A stretch of 64,000 nt of DNA from Lama guanicoe. Lineage: Eukaryota. The position numbers were made by a program, and so were the translations under genes. The notes under the pieces are model-generated. The model saw nothing but the letters and a program-made list of their open reading frames with translations. It did not search any database and had not been told where the DNA came from. Shown piece by piece: positions 13,555-26,609 of this stretch (within the stretch, counting starts at the first letter, position 1; each line of letters opens with the position of its first letter). Location: assembly GCA_013239625.1 (NCBI GenBank), contig MU053873.1, positions 1,316,524-1,380,523 of the forward strand. The letters are read 5' to 3'.

Positions 13555-13740
13555 TGGCATTGAACCATGGCTCTACTATTTTCTTTGCTAGCTGTGTGAC
13601 CATGAATATATTCCCTAATCTTTCTGAGGGTCTGTGTCCTTGTTTATAAAATGGGTGTAATGATACAGCTGACTGATTGTGCTATTTCAAGGCTAAATGA
13701 GACAACATATGTAGTGCTGAGCATGTAAAGACTCTCAGAT
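13555..13740 (+). mobile_element. MIR SINE
   Basis: GCTAGCTGTGTGACC...TATAAAATGGGTGTAATGATA...TAAATGAGACAACATATGTA. Confidence 0.7.
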
Positions 13741-14324
13741 ACTGACTTTCCTTCTTCACCCTCACTTCCTCTCACTTCCTTTGAGAACCTGAGAGAGCAG
13801 AACTAGAGCAAGTTTTGCCTCATCGAGGTGCCTGAAGAGTGGATTCGTGTGGCTGCCCAGGCTGAGTATTGCTGATCTCATTACTATCTGAAAGTGTCCT
13901 CAGGGGTCAGGCCAGCCCTATCCCAGTGATGATGGCAGCTGATTCAGGCTGTGCAGTTTTTCTTTTTAAATTGGCTCACACCCTTTTTACTGGAAAATTC
14001 CTGTTGGTAACAGTAAACACCCAGATAACCTGTCTTTTAATAGCATGGAGTTGAATGGGAGCAAACACACTAAGATTCAACTCTGAAGTCTCTTGGCAGC
14101 AGAGTGGAAGGCCCCAGTGTTTCTGATTTTGGATATTAGAGTTGCCAAGCCTCATTGTGTTATGGTGAGAAAAGATCTGTATAAATCGATCATGAGGTTA
14201 AGCTGAATTATTTATTTTAAAATTGATATCCTAAACACCTGAGAACAGGGATATTTGAGCCCTTTTTAATGGCACTTATCAGCTTCACATTGTACCTGCT
14301 TTGTTTCTGATATTCTTTTAGACA

Positions 14325-15560
14325 CTAGTGATACAACAGTAAAAAAACAGACTTAGAATGTGATTACAGACTTTTCATATTTATATACTAGTTGAAAAGA
14401 CAGATAATAAATTGAATTATGATAAATGCTAAAAGGTAAGTACATGGAGAGACCTAATTTTGATAGGACAGTTAGGGAAGACATTTCTGAGAAGATGAAT
14501 TTTAACATGAGACCTGGAAGGTAAGAATCATCTGCCTTCTATCTTTGTGAAGAACCTGGAGCACAAATGATTTGAGGTAAGAAAAATTCTGTTTGTTCTC
14601 TGCATTGACAAGGAGGCTCCAGGTTGTAATGTAGTACTTGAGGGGCAAAGTGGTAGGAGATGAAACTGGGCAGGTAGGCAGGGGCCAGACCATACAGAAG
14701 CTTTATTTTAAGAAGGCAGTAGGAAGTCATTTAATGGGTTTAATTAGAGAAGTGTCATGACCTGATTTGCATTTTTGAAAGGTCATTCTGGAAGCTGGGA
14801 GGAGAATAGATTATAAAGGGGGTCAGAACTGGAAATGTGAAGATAAAAGGCTACTGTAGTGTCTAAGTGAGATGTGGTGACAGCTTGGACTTTGGTAGTA
14901 GTGTTGAAGGTGAAAAGAAGTGGAGGTATAGGAGATGAATTTTGGAGATGGCATTGACAAGCATTGCTAATGAAATGTCACATAAGGAGAAGAAAACAAA
15001 GATGACTGAGGTTTCTGTCCTTAGTAACTATTGGGGAGGAACAGACTACAGAAGGAAAGGGATGAAATCAAGGGTTCTGTTTCAGACATGTGAAGTTCGA
15101 GAGACCTCTAGTAAGTAGACTCAAGGGGAGATATCACATAGGCAGTTGGATATTTGAGTCTGGAGCTCAGAGAAGAAGTCAGGGCTGGAGATGGAAATTA
15201 GGAATTATCATATAAATTGTATTTAATGCCATAAAATAGGATAAGATCATTATATGTTATGTGTAGTTTAAGTAAGGGAAGAGGGCTTGGTACTGAACTC
15301 TGTGTAACTCCTGCATTTACAGATTGAGCTGAAGAGCCAGCAAAGGGGACTGGGAGGAAGCTGCCAGTGCAATAGGAGCAAAATCAGGAGAGCATAGTGT
15401 CATCAAGATGAGAAAGACTATCTTTTTGATAAAGGGTGACAGTCGAATGTGTCAAAGGCAAGTTGCAAGATTGAATAAGATGATTTCAGAGAAGTGACCA
15501 TTGCGTTTGGTAATATAGAGGTATTGTTGGCTTTGGTAAGTGGTTTCAGTGGAATGATGC
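14325..15560 (-). mobile_element. LINE-2 remnant
   Basis: Purine-rich antisense L2 text (TTCTGTTTCAGACATGTGAAGTTCGAG, GGCAGTTGGATATTTGAGTCTGGAGCTCAG). Confidence 0.8.
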
Positions 15561-16104
15561 TACCAGATACTGTATTCACAAGAGAGGAAGAGAGGAGGAA
15601 CAAGGGTTTGAGAAAGTTGGGGGTTATACATATTGGGGTACAGTATTATGGGAGAAGCATAGCTTTGAAGCAGAGGGACGAAATGATATTTAGTATTTTA
15701 CATACCTAACATTGTACATGACTTTATCCCAAACCTGTGAAAGAGGCACTGAAGGTCACATTTTTTTAAAGCTAAAATTCAGGCCAAAAGTCAACTATAC
15801 ATACGAATTGAACTTCAATTTTAGCCTTGTTTATCAGAACATGACAGACAGTACCTTCTGCTGCAATCTTTTCTGTTCAAACGATTTCAGTTTTATCATT
15901 AACTAAGGAGGTGTGATACCAATTTGTTGTAATAAAACCAGCTGAATATTCAATTCCTCCTTGTTCTTGTAAATTTTTTGTCTGCTTGCTCTGTCAGCCA
16001 TTAAAAGAAGTATATAAAGTTTTCTGCAATAATTGTGGACTTGTCTGCTTTTTCCCTTTTTGTCAATTTTTTGCATTATATATTTTGATATATTATTGAG
16101 TTGT

Positions 16105-16498
16105 ATTAGGTGACTTTTGTGGCATACCAAACCTCAGAAATCTCTATGGCGTATAATAATAAATATCTATTTTTTGCTCATGAATCTGGGGTTGACTGGA
16201 TAGTTTTGCTTCAGGCTGCAGGTTGAGTTTAGTTCTACTACATGTGTTGTTGTTTTGCAGCCCCTGCTGATGGGTTAAGACTATCTGCAGCATTTTCTTA
16301 TAGTGGATCAATGAGACAAAACTCAGTCCAAACTGTGCAGACACATTTAAGGCCTCTGCGCATGTCATGCTCACTGACAGTCCATTGGCTGATGCCAGTA
16401 ACCTGGCCAAGCCTAACATTAAAGAGAGTTGGGAGAATACCTTTGGTGAGCTGTGGAGGGAAATTTATACTTGCTGAATAATAACCCAATTTATCATA
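16105..16498 (-). mobile_element. ERVL-MaLR solo LTR (MLT1-like) inserted in L1
   Basis: TTTTTGCTCATGAATCTG...CCATTGGCTGATGCCAGTAACCTGGCCAAGCC pattern typical of old MLT1 LTRs. Confidence 0.65.
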
Positions 16499-16499
16499 T

Positions 16500-17765
16500 G
16501 GGTATATATAGATTTAGAATTTTCCCTACCCTCTACAACCGCCCAGCCTGTGGCAAACACTAATCTACTTTCTATCTCTGTGGTTTTGCTTATTCTGAAC
16601 ATTTCATATAAATAGAATCATATAATATCTGGTCTTTTGTGCCTAGCTTTGTTCACTTTGTATTTTAGACTCTTCTATATCATAGCATGTATTAGTATTT
16701 CATTCTTTTTTTAGTAATTTTTTTCTTGCTCTGTTTCAATTTATTTTCTACTGGCTGGCTTTCTAGTTCATCAGTCATCTGCTGTTAAACTCATCTATTG
16801 AATCGTAATTCAGTAGTTGTTTGTCAGTTCTAGTGTTTCAATGTTATGTTTTTAATATTTTAATTCTCTGCTGAAATTCTCAGTCTTTTTCTCAATATTT
16901 TCCATCTGTTACTTCATTTTCTTAAACATAGTAATTACGGTACTTTAAAAGGTCTTGTTTGCTAACTCGCCTTTCTAAATTGCCTGTGATTCTCTTTGTT
17001 TTTTCTCTTGATTGTCTGCCTTGTCTTTCTTGGCATACCTGGTAAATTTGTATAGAAATGTGGGCATTATGTATAAAAATTGGTGAGTCTTCAGAGAATG
17101 TTTTCTTTTGGAGAAGTTCTTTCTTTATTAGGCATATAGAGTGGCGCTGATCACTTTAATGAGACAGTGAGTTGAGGCGAGCTTTCTAGTGAGAGCGCTG
17201 TATATTCACCAGGGCTTCTTGCCCCATGGGTTCTGAGCTCTAATTCTTGTCTCCTCAGCATTCTGAGGCTGCTGAAACTTTCTCCTGCTTTTTGAAGGTT
17301 TTCTGCTTAGCCTCATGTCCTGCACTATTTGGCAGATGTCTCAAGGAGAAAACTGGCTTTGTGTCAGGCTTAGTTCTCTACCTTTCTCTTCTCTCTAGGA
17401 TCTTGGTGCCTCAAGTTTCTAATTTTGTTTTACTAGCCTCAGGAGACAAGCAAAAGCTCTGCTGGTTTCTCTGTTATCCAGAAGCAGCCTTCCCTCTGGA
17501 GAGGAAAGCCTGGGTGGATTTGCAGCTTCTTGACCTTTGCCCAGAATTAGCAATGCCCCCAGGGAAAGAGGGGCAGCTGAATATCTGCTCACCTCTCAGT
17601 TCCTTTCTCTTCTCTGGACTCTTGGTTGCTGGAATCCTAGTTGCTTTATCAGCTCTCTCTGATACCTTTAAACAGCTAGTTTAAAGATAGATATTATTTA
17701 GACATTGTGGAATATTTTTGATAGGAGAGTTGGTCTGCCACAAACTACTTCATCATACCTGAAAT
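16500..17765 (-). mobile_element. Ancient L1M fragments
   Basis: CACTAATCTACTTTCTATCTCTG...CATTTCATATAAATAGAATCATATAATAT followed by degenerate 5'-region text. Confidence 0.6.
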
Positions 17766-17902
17766 CAATAGTTTGACCTAACTGGATGATCTCACTGCTT
17801 TTGTTTATGAGTGAGTCAAGTAGTTGGTCAGAGAACCACACTAACTTTCATAGTTTATTCATGAGCAGTTCATTTCTAGTTATTCTCTGTAAGAAGGTAA
17901 AG

Positions 17903-18110
17903 GTTTTTTTTCTGTCTAGTTTTGTTTGTTTTTGTTTTAACATTTTTTATTGATTTATAATCATTTTACAATGTTGTGTCAAATTCCAGTGTAGAGCACA
18001 ATTCCTCAGCTATACATGAACATACATATATCCATCGTCACATTCCTTTCTCTGTGAGCTACCACAAGATCCTGTATATTTTTCCCTGTGCTACACAGCA
18101 TAATCTTGTT
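17903..18110 (-). mobile_element. Short 5'-truncated lineage-specific LINE-1 3' end with 13-bp TSD
   Basis: Aligns to 39960-40133; TSD TAAGAAGGTAAAG at 17890-17902 and 18111-18123; T-rich tail on the left. Confidence 0.92.
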
Positions 18111-20029
18111 TAAGAAGGTAAAGTTTTTATATGAATTACTCCAGACTTTGAAGATGGAGATTTATAAGATATGTATATGAGACACTAGTTTGTCAAAGAT
18201 TTTATGTAATTGCAAAACACTTTCAAAGATTTCAGCTCATTTGGTCCTTTCAACTTTATGAGGATAAGCATTATTATCTTCTTCAATTTTCTAACTAAGA
18301 GTTGAGCTTGAAAAGACTATGACTTGTCCTCTGTGTTTCACGTGTTGCTTTTGAATAGAATGAAATCTCAAATCCATATCATAGAACGGCAAATCAGGTA
18401 TTTTTCCCCACATGCGTCCGTTTGGAATTCTAGAAACTGGTTCCAGTGTAAATCAATTTGTCTTACTGCCTAATACAATTCTATTAAACTGTAAAGTACC
18501 TTTACCTATAGAGTAGTGTATAATTTATAGATATACTCAAAGGATACATTTTCCCTTTTTCTCTCTCTTTAATTTGTTCTAAGTAGAACATAAGTTCACA
18601 AATAGTTTGTGTTTTGCTTTAGCTGTTAACGCTTAAAAGTGACAAATTTTATTTCTATCTTGTCTGTTTTTCTACTAGTTTTTCAACTAGTTCAGTAAAA
18701 TGACCAAAGCAAAATTGAAATGCTGAAATAGAAATAAGACCCTTGAATAAACTGTAGATAGAAGAGGTGTTTTCCTCTATTCCTGACAGACTCAGATTAT
18801 TGTGGGGTTCCTGGGTCTGATTATTAAAATATTTTAGGCACCTCCTTTGTCAGTTGCCACTTATGCCAATATCAGTGGCTTACTTCTTGTTATACTGCTC
18901 TCTTCTCTTTCTAATTGACAATTTTTGATCTGCTATTGCTCAGAAAGCTAGATAACCCAGGGTGTTAATATTGTCTTTAAAAATAAGAATACCATTTTAG
19001 GACTTAAGAGGGTAGCTGGAGTAGCTTTTCTCTCTTATACATAATGAAATTGAGGTCCAGAGAAGTCACGTGCTTTGCCAGTTAACACAGGACAACAAAA
19101 ACTAAGTCTTCTATCCTGTGGTCTATAGTATGGTCTTCAGTTGTTTCACCATTTTTATTTTTTAGGGCCTGAATGAGGGTCTGGAAGACTAATGAATAAG
19201 GCACATCGTTCTTGAATATTTAGAGACCTTTTTACTTCCTTCCTTACTGATAGATGATTTCTGCCAGACGTGCTATTCAACATAAGTTTGGTGTGTTTGT
19301 GTTATACTTACTTAATCTTGTATACTAATTCTCAAAAACTTAAATTTGTCTCTTGTGGTCGTAAAACAGGTATCTGTTAACATAAATAAACCAGTTAATA
19401 TCTCAGTTTATTGAAACCCATGGAGCTGAAACCCTATAGCAGTCTTCATTTTCATGAGTCTGAAATTTCCATGCTGAAGCCAGAAAAAGCCACTAAAAGG
19501 GAAAAGTGGGGCTTTAATAATAAATAAAATAGAGCAAGTCTTAGCAAACATTAAAAAAAAAGCTAATTGGAAGAAACTCTTTAGCCACTTATTTACACTA
19601 GAGTGTTTTAATATTGAAGATCCATCAATTTTTCCCTTTGGGAAGGCAGTTTTATATCCTGGTTTTAGAGGGCTGTTTTCCTCAAACACTGGATGACAAA
19701 TGGAATGACAGAATTTTAGATATGAAATGTATCAGGGAGTCTGGGCAATACTGGAGGGTGAGGAGTAGTTTGCTTAGTAATTTAAATTACATGTATTTTA
19801 ACTAAGTAGTTAGTGTGTATTTTTGATGTTAGTTAACAAACTTATCTTTACTTTTGGCTATCAAAGAATGCTGGAAGATTTCTTCTTTTATCCTGTTTAC
19901 TTTCATATTATGGAAACTATAGCTTTAGTCCCAGTCTTCTCTGCTAACTAGTACTTAGAGAATTGAGCTTTACACATTTATAGTTAATCTCTTTAAATTT
20001 GGTCAGGTTCATATAGAGGAAAACTGGAA

Positions 20030-20240
20030 GGCTTTAGAGTCAGTAACCCCAAGTTTGAAAACCTAGCTCTGCCATTTACTAACTCTGCAACCCTGGGCAA
20101 GATAGTGTCTCTGAGCCCAGGTTCTTCAACTATTAAATAGGTTGTAGTGAGTATTATCTGCTTGCTACAGAGTAGTGAGTTGTAGTGAGTATTACTGATA
20201 ACATACGAAAACTATTTTATTATCCTGGAGCATGGCATGT
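20030..20240 (+). mobile_element. MIR SINE
   Basis: CCTAGCTCTGCCATTTACTAACTCTGCAACCCTGGGCAAG core. Confidence 0.75.
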
Positions 20241-22344
20241 ATTTTACAATTTAATCATTGATTTTTCAGAACCTTTTAATGTCTTACATTTCTAAATAGA
20301 TTTTGGTTTTGAAATACAAAAGAAGCATCATAATATCTTGTAAACATGCTCATGCCTCAGAAAATTCATAGCATTGCCATGTTAGTTTACTATTTATATT
20401 AAAGTATGGTTAGTAAAATCATCTCTTTTGCAAATCACCTGAATTCATTGAAATTTTCTTATAAATGGAAATATGTTACTATCCATCTTTATAAAAAGAT
20501 GTGACAGGTTTATTATATAATAACATGACTTATTTTGTAATTTATGAAATTTCAGACCCCATGAATGGTGGCTAGCCTGTATCTCAGCCTCAAGTGAGAA
20601 AGGCTAGCTAAATGAAGAGATGCTGAGGCCTTTCAAAAAAGAGTGCTCAGCTCTATTTCATTGTTTAAAGATTAGGTTTCTTAAGATTTGCCTTAAAACC
20701 CTGAATAGTTTGTGCTAAGAGCTTTGCTTATCTGCTAAACTGCCTCAGTAACCAGCATGCTGTGAAGCAAGACCCCATTTGAAATCTTGCAGCAGTATCT
20801 TTTTACTTTAGTTTTTCTGTTCTTAAATGTGTAGTTGTACGTCGTAGACCAATGGAAAAAAATTTTATGTGAGTAATGTTTTTTCCTCCAGCTTTTTCAC
20901 TGGTTTGAAAAGTAATTAAGAAAGGCCTTTAATACCTCTTTGAAAATTATTATCAAGGTTTTTAACTATCTTAAAAGATCATACAATCCATTATATAATC
21001 CTTTTAACATCTTTTAAGTGGGATGTTTAAATTAGAAAAATCAGAATATTATTGGAAGCTTTTCTTTGATAGAGAAGCTGCTTTGATTTTTATTTCATAA
21101 TCATTAATTAAAGTATCAGTTACACAAATTATGATTTAAAACTCATGTAGTAATTTTCATCTATCTTCATAATAAGAATTCATTCTGTAATCTCTTGCAT
21201 AAAAAGACAGTAAACAGCACCTGCCAGAGCACTGTAGTAATAAGAGCCGTCAAGTGTGTATTCACTTGACTTTGCAAAACAACATTGAAAGAGTTAATAA
21301 AAGCTGAATATATTACAAGATTACAAAGGTTTTTATTTATTAGGGGATAGGGAAGGTATGGAATATATGGGATGAAACATTAATAACCTCTCCATTCTGC
21401 AGGACCGACCTGTTGCTTTGGAACTACTCTCTTGGTCCCACAGGGACTGTGAAACTGTGTTTTGGTGGTCTATAGGAGAGGTTCAACTTGGCAAATGTAG
21501 TGGTGAATGATGTCATTGAATGCATACCATATGTACTGAGAGTCAGTGAATGCTATTCTCACTGCTGTGCACAGGCATATGTAAGTGTTGGAATGGAAAA
21601 ATCATTTTTATGAAAATACAGAGAAGTAAAACAAGAATGTTCTGTCCTGAGCCTGATCAAATCACCAGTAGCTGCCAAGTACGAATACTCCTTGTAAGGT
21701 TTTTTCTTCTTAATTCTCCAGCTTCCTGCCTTTTGTTGGCTCTCAGAGTAGTCCATTCGGAAGGCCTTATTCAGCATGTTCTTTCTGTTGATATGATATG
21801 AACACCAAATGAAAGTTCCATTTTCTCCATTAAGTAAAGCTGGGAGAGTATTTTAGTGTGCATGGTTTGCAGCAGATGGAAATGATTAATTGATTTAGCT
21901 AACTTGCCAAATTGTTCTCTTTTTCCCAGTAGAACAGGGTTATCTGAGAGATTCATACTGCTAATCATTGTTCCACTTACTAATATATCAGAAAGGATAT
22001 AATTGTTGTGTTTTAATTATTCTCATTACTGTTATTTAAGGCATACTCTAATGATACAGTAATGGATATGTCGAATAAATAAAGCAATTGATTCCTACTA
22101 GGAATTTACAACCTATAAGATAGAGTAGAAGAATACATGGAGATATAAAAAAAATGTGATGTGCTTGGTTATTTTATTGATAAAATTTTGCTTTAAGTTA
22201 CAGTGTCCTTAGTAAAAGTCCAGTGTCACTTTTCTTAAGCTTGAATATATGCCATCTTTAAATCTTAAACTGTTTTGTATTATATACAAAGACCACGTCA
22301 TATAATAAACATTATGATTTTACAATTATACAAAAATAAAAGAA

Positions 22345-22692
22345 GGCTGAATGAAGGGGGAATTAGATGAAGGTAGTCAAAAGGTACGAACTTTAAGTTA
22401 TGAGATAAATAAGTACTAGGGACATAGTGTAAAAACATAAATATAGTTAACACTGCTCTATGTTATGTATGAAAGTTGTTAAGAGAGGAAATCCTAAGAG
22501 TTCTCATCACAAGGAAAAATATATATTTTTTCTATTTCTTTAATTTTATATCTACATGACATGATGGATTTTCACTAAACTTACTGTGGTAATCATTTCA
22601 TGTTGTATGTATGTCAAATCATTTTGCTATATAACTTAAACTTACACAGTGCTGTATGTCAATTATACCTCTACTAAAACTGGGAGTAAAAA
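22345..22692 (+). mobile_element. LINE-1 3' UTR fragment (L1MA-like)
   Basis: Similar to 2390-2686 (AGTTCTCATCACAAG, TGTGGTAATCATTTC, TAAACTTACACAGTGCTGTATGTCAATTA). Confidence 0.85.
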
Positions 22693-23654
22693 GCAATATT
22701 TGCCCATTATAGGGCATTAGAACATACAGTAAATATAAATAATAAAGTATATTATTGTAACAGAATTCTGTTAATATTTGATATATTTCCCTCTAGATTT
22801 TTTCTGTATATGTACACATACATAAATAGGTGATGTACATGTATATTAGTATAGATGTGGATGTATATTTTTATTTTTATAAAATTTGGAAACCCTTTGA
22901 AATTAAATTATCTTGACTATTTTTACTTTATAGTATATCACGAGATTTTCTCATGTCATTAGAATGTTTTTTGAAATCTCATTTTTAGTGAGAATTTAGT
23001 TTTTGTTTTTCAAAGGACATGTTGCTTTTTGGACTAGAAAAAGTCAATATACCCTTCCATTTCAGCTCCTAAAATTTAAACCAAAGAATCAATGAGTAGG
23101 ATTAAATACTAAGTTGGCCAAAGCTATCACTTGACACATTAACTCTCCTATTGGCTCTTTTCATTCTGTATCAGCATGTCTACTGTAGGTGAAAAGCAAG
23201 AACTGACATCTTCCTGACTTTGCAACAGAAATTCAAAGTGACGGCTATTTAATAACCACTATTTATTGTGTTGTCCTGAATATGAATATTGAAGAAAAAT
23301 TTTCAGGTGAAAATATTCTAAAAATCACAGTATGTAAAATTCATATGGAAAATTACTTTTTTCAGTTAAAAAGTTTTATAATGGAAAATTTCAAATATAT
23401 ATGAGAGTATAGTATAATGAACCCATATTAAAAATTCATAACTTATCAGCTCATAGACAATTTTATTCACCTTTACATCACCCTTCTCCCCTCACTGGAT
23501 TTTCTTGACAAAAATAAAAGCCATTGTATCAGGAAAGTATTTTTTATTAAGGGCATGTCTTCCTTCAGAGCTGGAAATGGACAGCCCCAGAGGTTGACTA
23601 TTACAAAGTGTGAGTCAGGTGTCAGAAAAATATTATGATGGAGAGAAACTATAA

Positions 23655-24000
23655 AATCCATTTAGCAAATATCCACTGAGTGTTACTACATTGAAATACT
23701 GCCCTAGGTGCTGAGGATAATGCAGAGTTAAAAGACATTGACTGCCTTCAAAGAGCTCACTTTCTAGGAGAAGATATGGACAAGTACTACATAATTATAA
23801 TACAGTAGAGCAAAGGTTGAGCTGATATATATATATATATATACACACACGCATATACACATACGTATCTATTGTGCTTTATAATATGTGTGTATATGTG
23901 TGTGTATATGTGAGATGAATATTTATACATACACACATGTACACATACGTACACACAATCACGTAGGATACTATAGGAACATCTAGGAGAAGTATGTAAC
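23655..24000 (-). mobile_element. LINE-2 3' remnant interrupted by a (TA)/(CA)/(TG) microsatellite at about 23825-23960
   Basis: CATTTAGCAAATATCCACTGAGTG...CTAGGTGCTGAGGATA...GAGCTCACTTTCTAG; dinucleotide tract seen directly. Confidence 0.65.
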
Positions 24001-24714
24001 TCAAGGTGTAAAATTACATACGATTAATAATTTCCCTTTGTGTGTCTAGCTTTTAGTTGTTTACATACAATTTTTTAAGTCTTCTCATGAAGACAGTTAC
24101 CAGAAAGAGGTAACTGAAAGAGGTGAGTGGGCAATTCAGTTTGTAATTGTTACTCAAATGAGAGGGAAAATAGTTCTTTCCTTTACCATATTCATAATCA
24201 GATCACTGAAGAACACAGGAAAAGAAATGTATGTTGTTTTATTGCCAGGTTTATATTAAAGATCAAAGTCTGTAAATGTAGCAAATATAACAAATTATTG
24301 ATTGACATGAGTGTATTGATTCGAGCATAGTTGGGAGTGAATTGGAGAAGCTCATCTTTCCACTACTGATCCACATTTTAACTGGTGTATTTGTTCGTGA
24401 GGCTGACTCCATAGGAAATGCGTCTTTCTGAAGAATGAATTACAGTGGGCCTGCCAGGCTTTCATGTGAGATGGACAATTATTATAAAGCTGGCAATCGT
24501 TAGATCAGTGCTTGGATGTCACAGGCTGCTGCTGACTGGAACTAATGACAACTTATTTATTTTTGTCAGATAGTTCCATTCATTATTTATTAGCATCTTG
24601 ATAGTCTATAAGATTTTCCGAAGACTTTAGATAATATCATTAAGATATAGCTAAAGACAACATTCGCTATGGTATAATGTGTAATATTCTTGCTGAGAAT
24701 AGTAATTAACATTT

Positions 24715-24875
24715 TTATACAGCATTTTAAAATTTAGAGTTCACCATAAATCCAAACAACTCAGTAAGGTAGCCTTTTCATTATCATCATTTCATAGATA
24801 TGAAAACTGAAGTTTAATAGTCTTAAGTGATCTTTTCAAAATTACATAGCAATTTGTACAGCTAGGGTTCAAACT
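24715..24875 (-). mobile_element. MIR SINE
   Basis: CATTTCATAGATATGAAAACTGAAG...CTAGGGTTCAAACTC. Confidence 0.65.
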
Positions 24876-25235
24876 CATTTATTTATTGACAGATACTCAT
24901 TTTGAGTCTGCTTGTCAAAGGCACTGGGGATAAAGTTGTGAAAACTCATGGCACTTACATCTCCAGGGAGAACCAGATATTAAACCAATCAATCACAGAA
25001 TAATTATTTAATTATAATTGTGATTAATGGTGTGAAGGAGTACAATGCGAAATGAGAGCAAACAACAGGAAGACCTGCCCTAGTCTGGAATTCCTTGGAG
25101 ACATATTTCATCTGAATTCTGAAGCAAATGGAGGAGGTGGGTTGAGAAAGAATGTTGTTAGGTTTAGGAACTGAAATTAGGTGTGTTTGGAGCACAGAGA
25201 ATGAGTGAAAACCATGTCTGGTGAGGTTAGGATCC
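24876..25235 (-). mobile_element. LINE-2 3' remnant
   Basis: GGCACTGGGGATAAAG...ATCTGAATTCTGAAG antisense L2 text. Confidence 0.6.
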
Positions 25236-26609
25236 AGATCTCATGCTTTTCATCAGAAAAATTCAATAAACTGTTTAGTGCCTACCACCACCCAGGAGAC
25301 AATATGTGACACAGTGTGAAAGAGTATAAACATCCAATCTAAATTAGAAAATGTAAAAATAAAAGTGCTGCCAAAAGCCAGTCATGGGCTTTTATGGGTA
25401 CTGTGGTATTTATTACATGATCAATTTTTATTAGCAAAATATATAACCCAAGCTAGGATATGCTTGCTTTTATCCTTGGTTTGACGGATCAATCCCTTTC
25501 CTTTGACTTTTGTAAAAAAAAAAAAAAATTGGAAATCTGCATTAGCCAGGATTTCTGCATCAACAGCCTAGTTAGAATCTTGTGGAAAGCCCTTTAGAAG
25601 GACTTTTGGGTGTTGCTTTTACATTTCCTTTATGCTTTCTTCAGAAAGGAGTTTGCACAGTTCCCAATGTGTTGCCAGTCAGTAGGTGATATTTAGTGAT
25701 ATTGAAATCAGTAGGTGAACGTTTTCCAAGCTGCAGTTCTCTCAGATGCAGGGATATCGCGGGACTTAGACTATATTAGAGAGATATTGGTGCTTCGGTG
25801 TAGAAACAGCAATTATCTCTTAACTGAATGTTATCAGATGGATTTTCAAGTCTTAGTTATAGACCATCACCAAAAATAGTAATGCCATTCTGGTCCATTT
25901 GGGAAACATATATGAGAATACTGTATTAACTATGTAAGCCTTAAAATATTTGGTGAAAAAACATAATGCTTTTATAGATACTAGAGAAGGTTTTTAGTAC
26001 CAATCAGCTCTTCAACTTAAAGCATTAAAACACACTGTAAAACTCAAAACTTAATGACAGTTAAAAAATTCATTGCATCAAAGGAGAATATATATAAAAA
26101 TGTGAATAAGTTAAGTGATGATTTAAAAAGAGTGTATTTTCCAACATTACACAGATTATGTAAAAAAACAAAAAGAGTAGTATAACAAAAAGACTCCTGG
26201 GTCATCTGTTTGCATTTATCATGAAAATATGAAGTTGTGAAATTTTTGGGGAAAGAACTCAGTAAGATTCTAATTCATTTTTTACAAAATCTGAATGAAC
26301 AAATAGGATTTCTTCAAACTTATGTAAAAGTTGTTCTTAGAGGAGATCTTGTTAAGAAATAGAATAAGAATAAATACGTATTTCAAACTGACTTTATCAG
26401 GCATTCTGAGATTTAAAACGTGAAATTTTTTCCTACATTGAGTGTGCAATATAAGCAATATGTTTTGAAGTAATATCTTGCTCTTATATTTATATTGTAT
26501 CCCTTACTACATCAGATATAGCATCTGCAATAAAAAAATTCCATCTTTTCCTCTCCATTCCTGCTGTCACTGCTCTTGTTCCGACCCACATTAACTTAAA
26601 AAAAACTCC

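Noticed and set aside
13925..13945. TGATGA...CTGA box C/D-like motifs
   Set aside because: Boxes are far too close and there is no terminal stem; not a snoRNA
17247..17684. 145-aa ORF
   Set aside because: Lies antisense within a decayed L1 region, has a non-ATG start and no recognisable homology
20141..20194. 16-bp direct repeat GTTGTAGTGAGTATTA with 22-nt spacer (CRISPR-like spacing)
   Set aside because: Only two copies, inside a MIR in mammalian DNA; a local duplication
25735..25880. Possible exon after TTCTCTCAG with one open frame
   Set aside because: No good donor and no recognisable peptide
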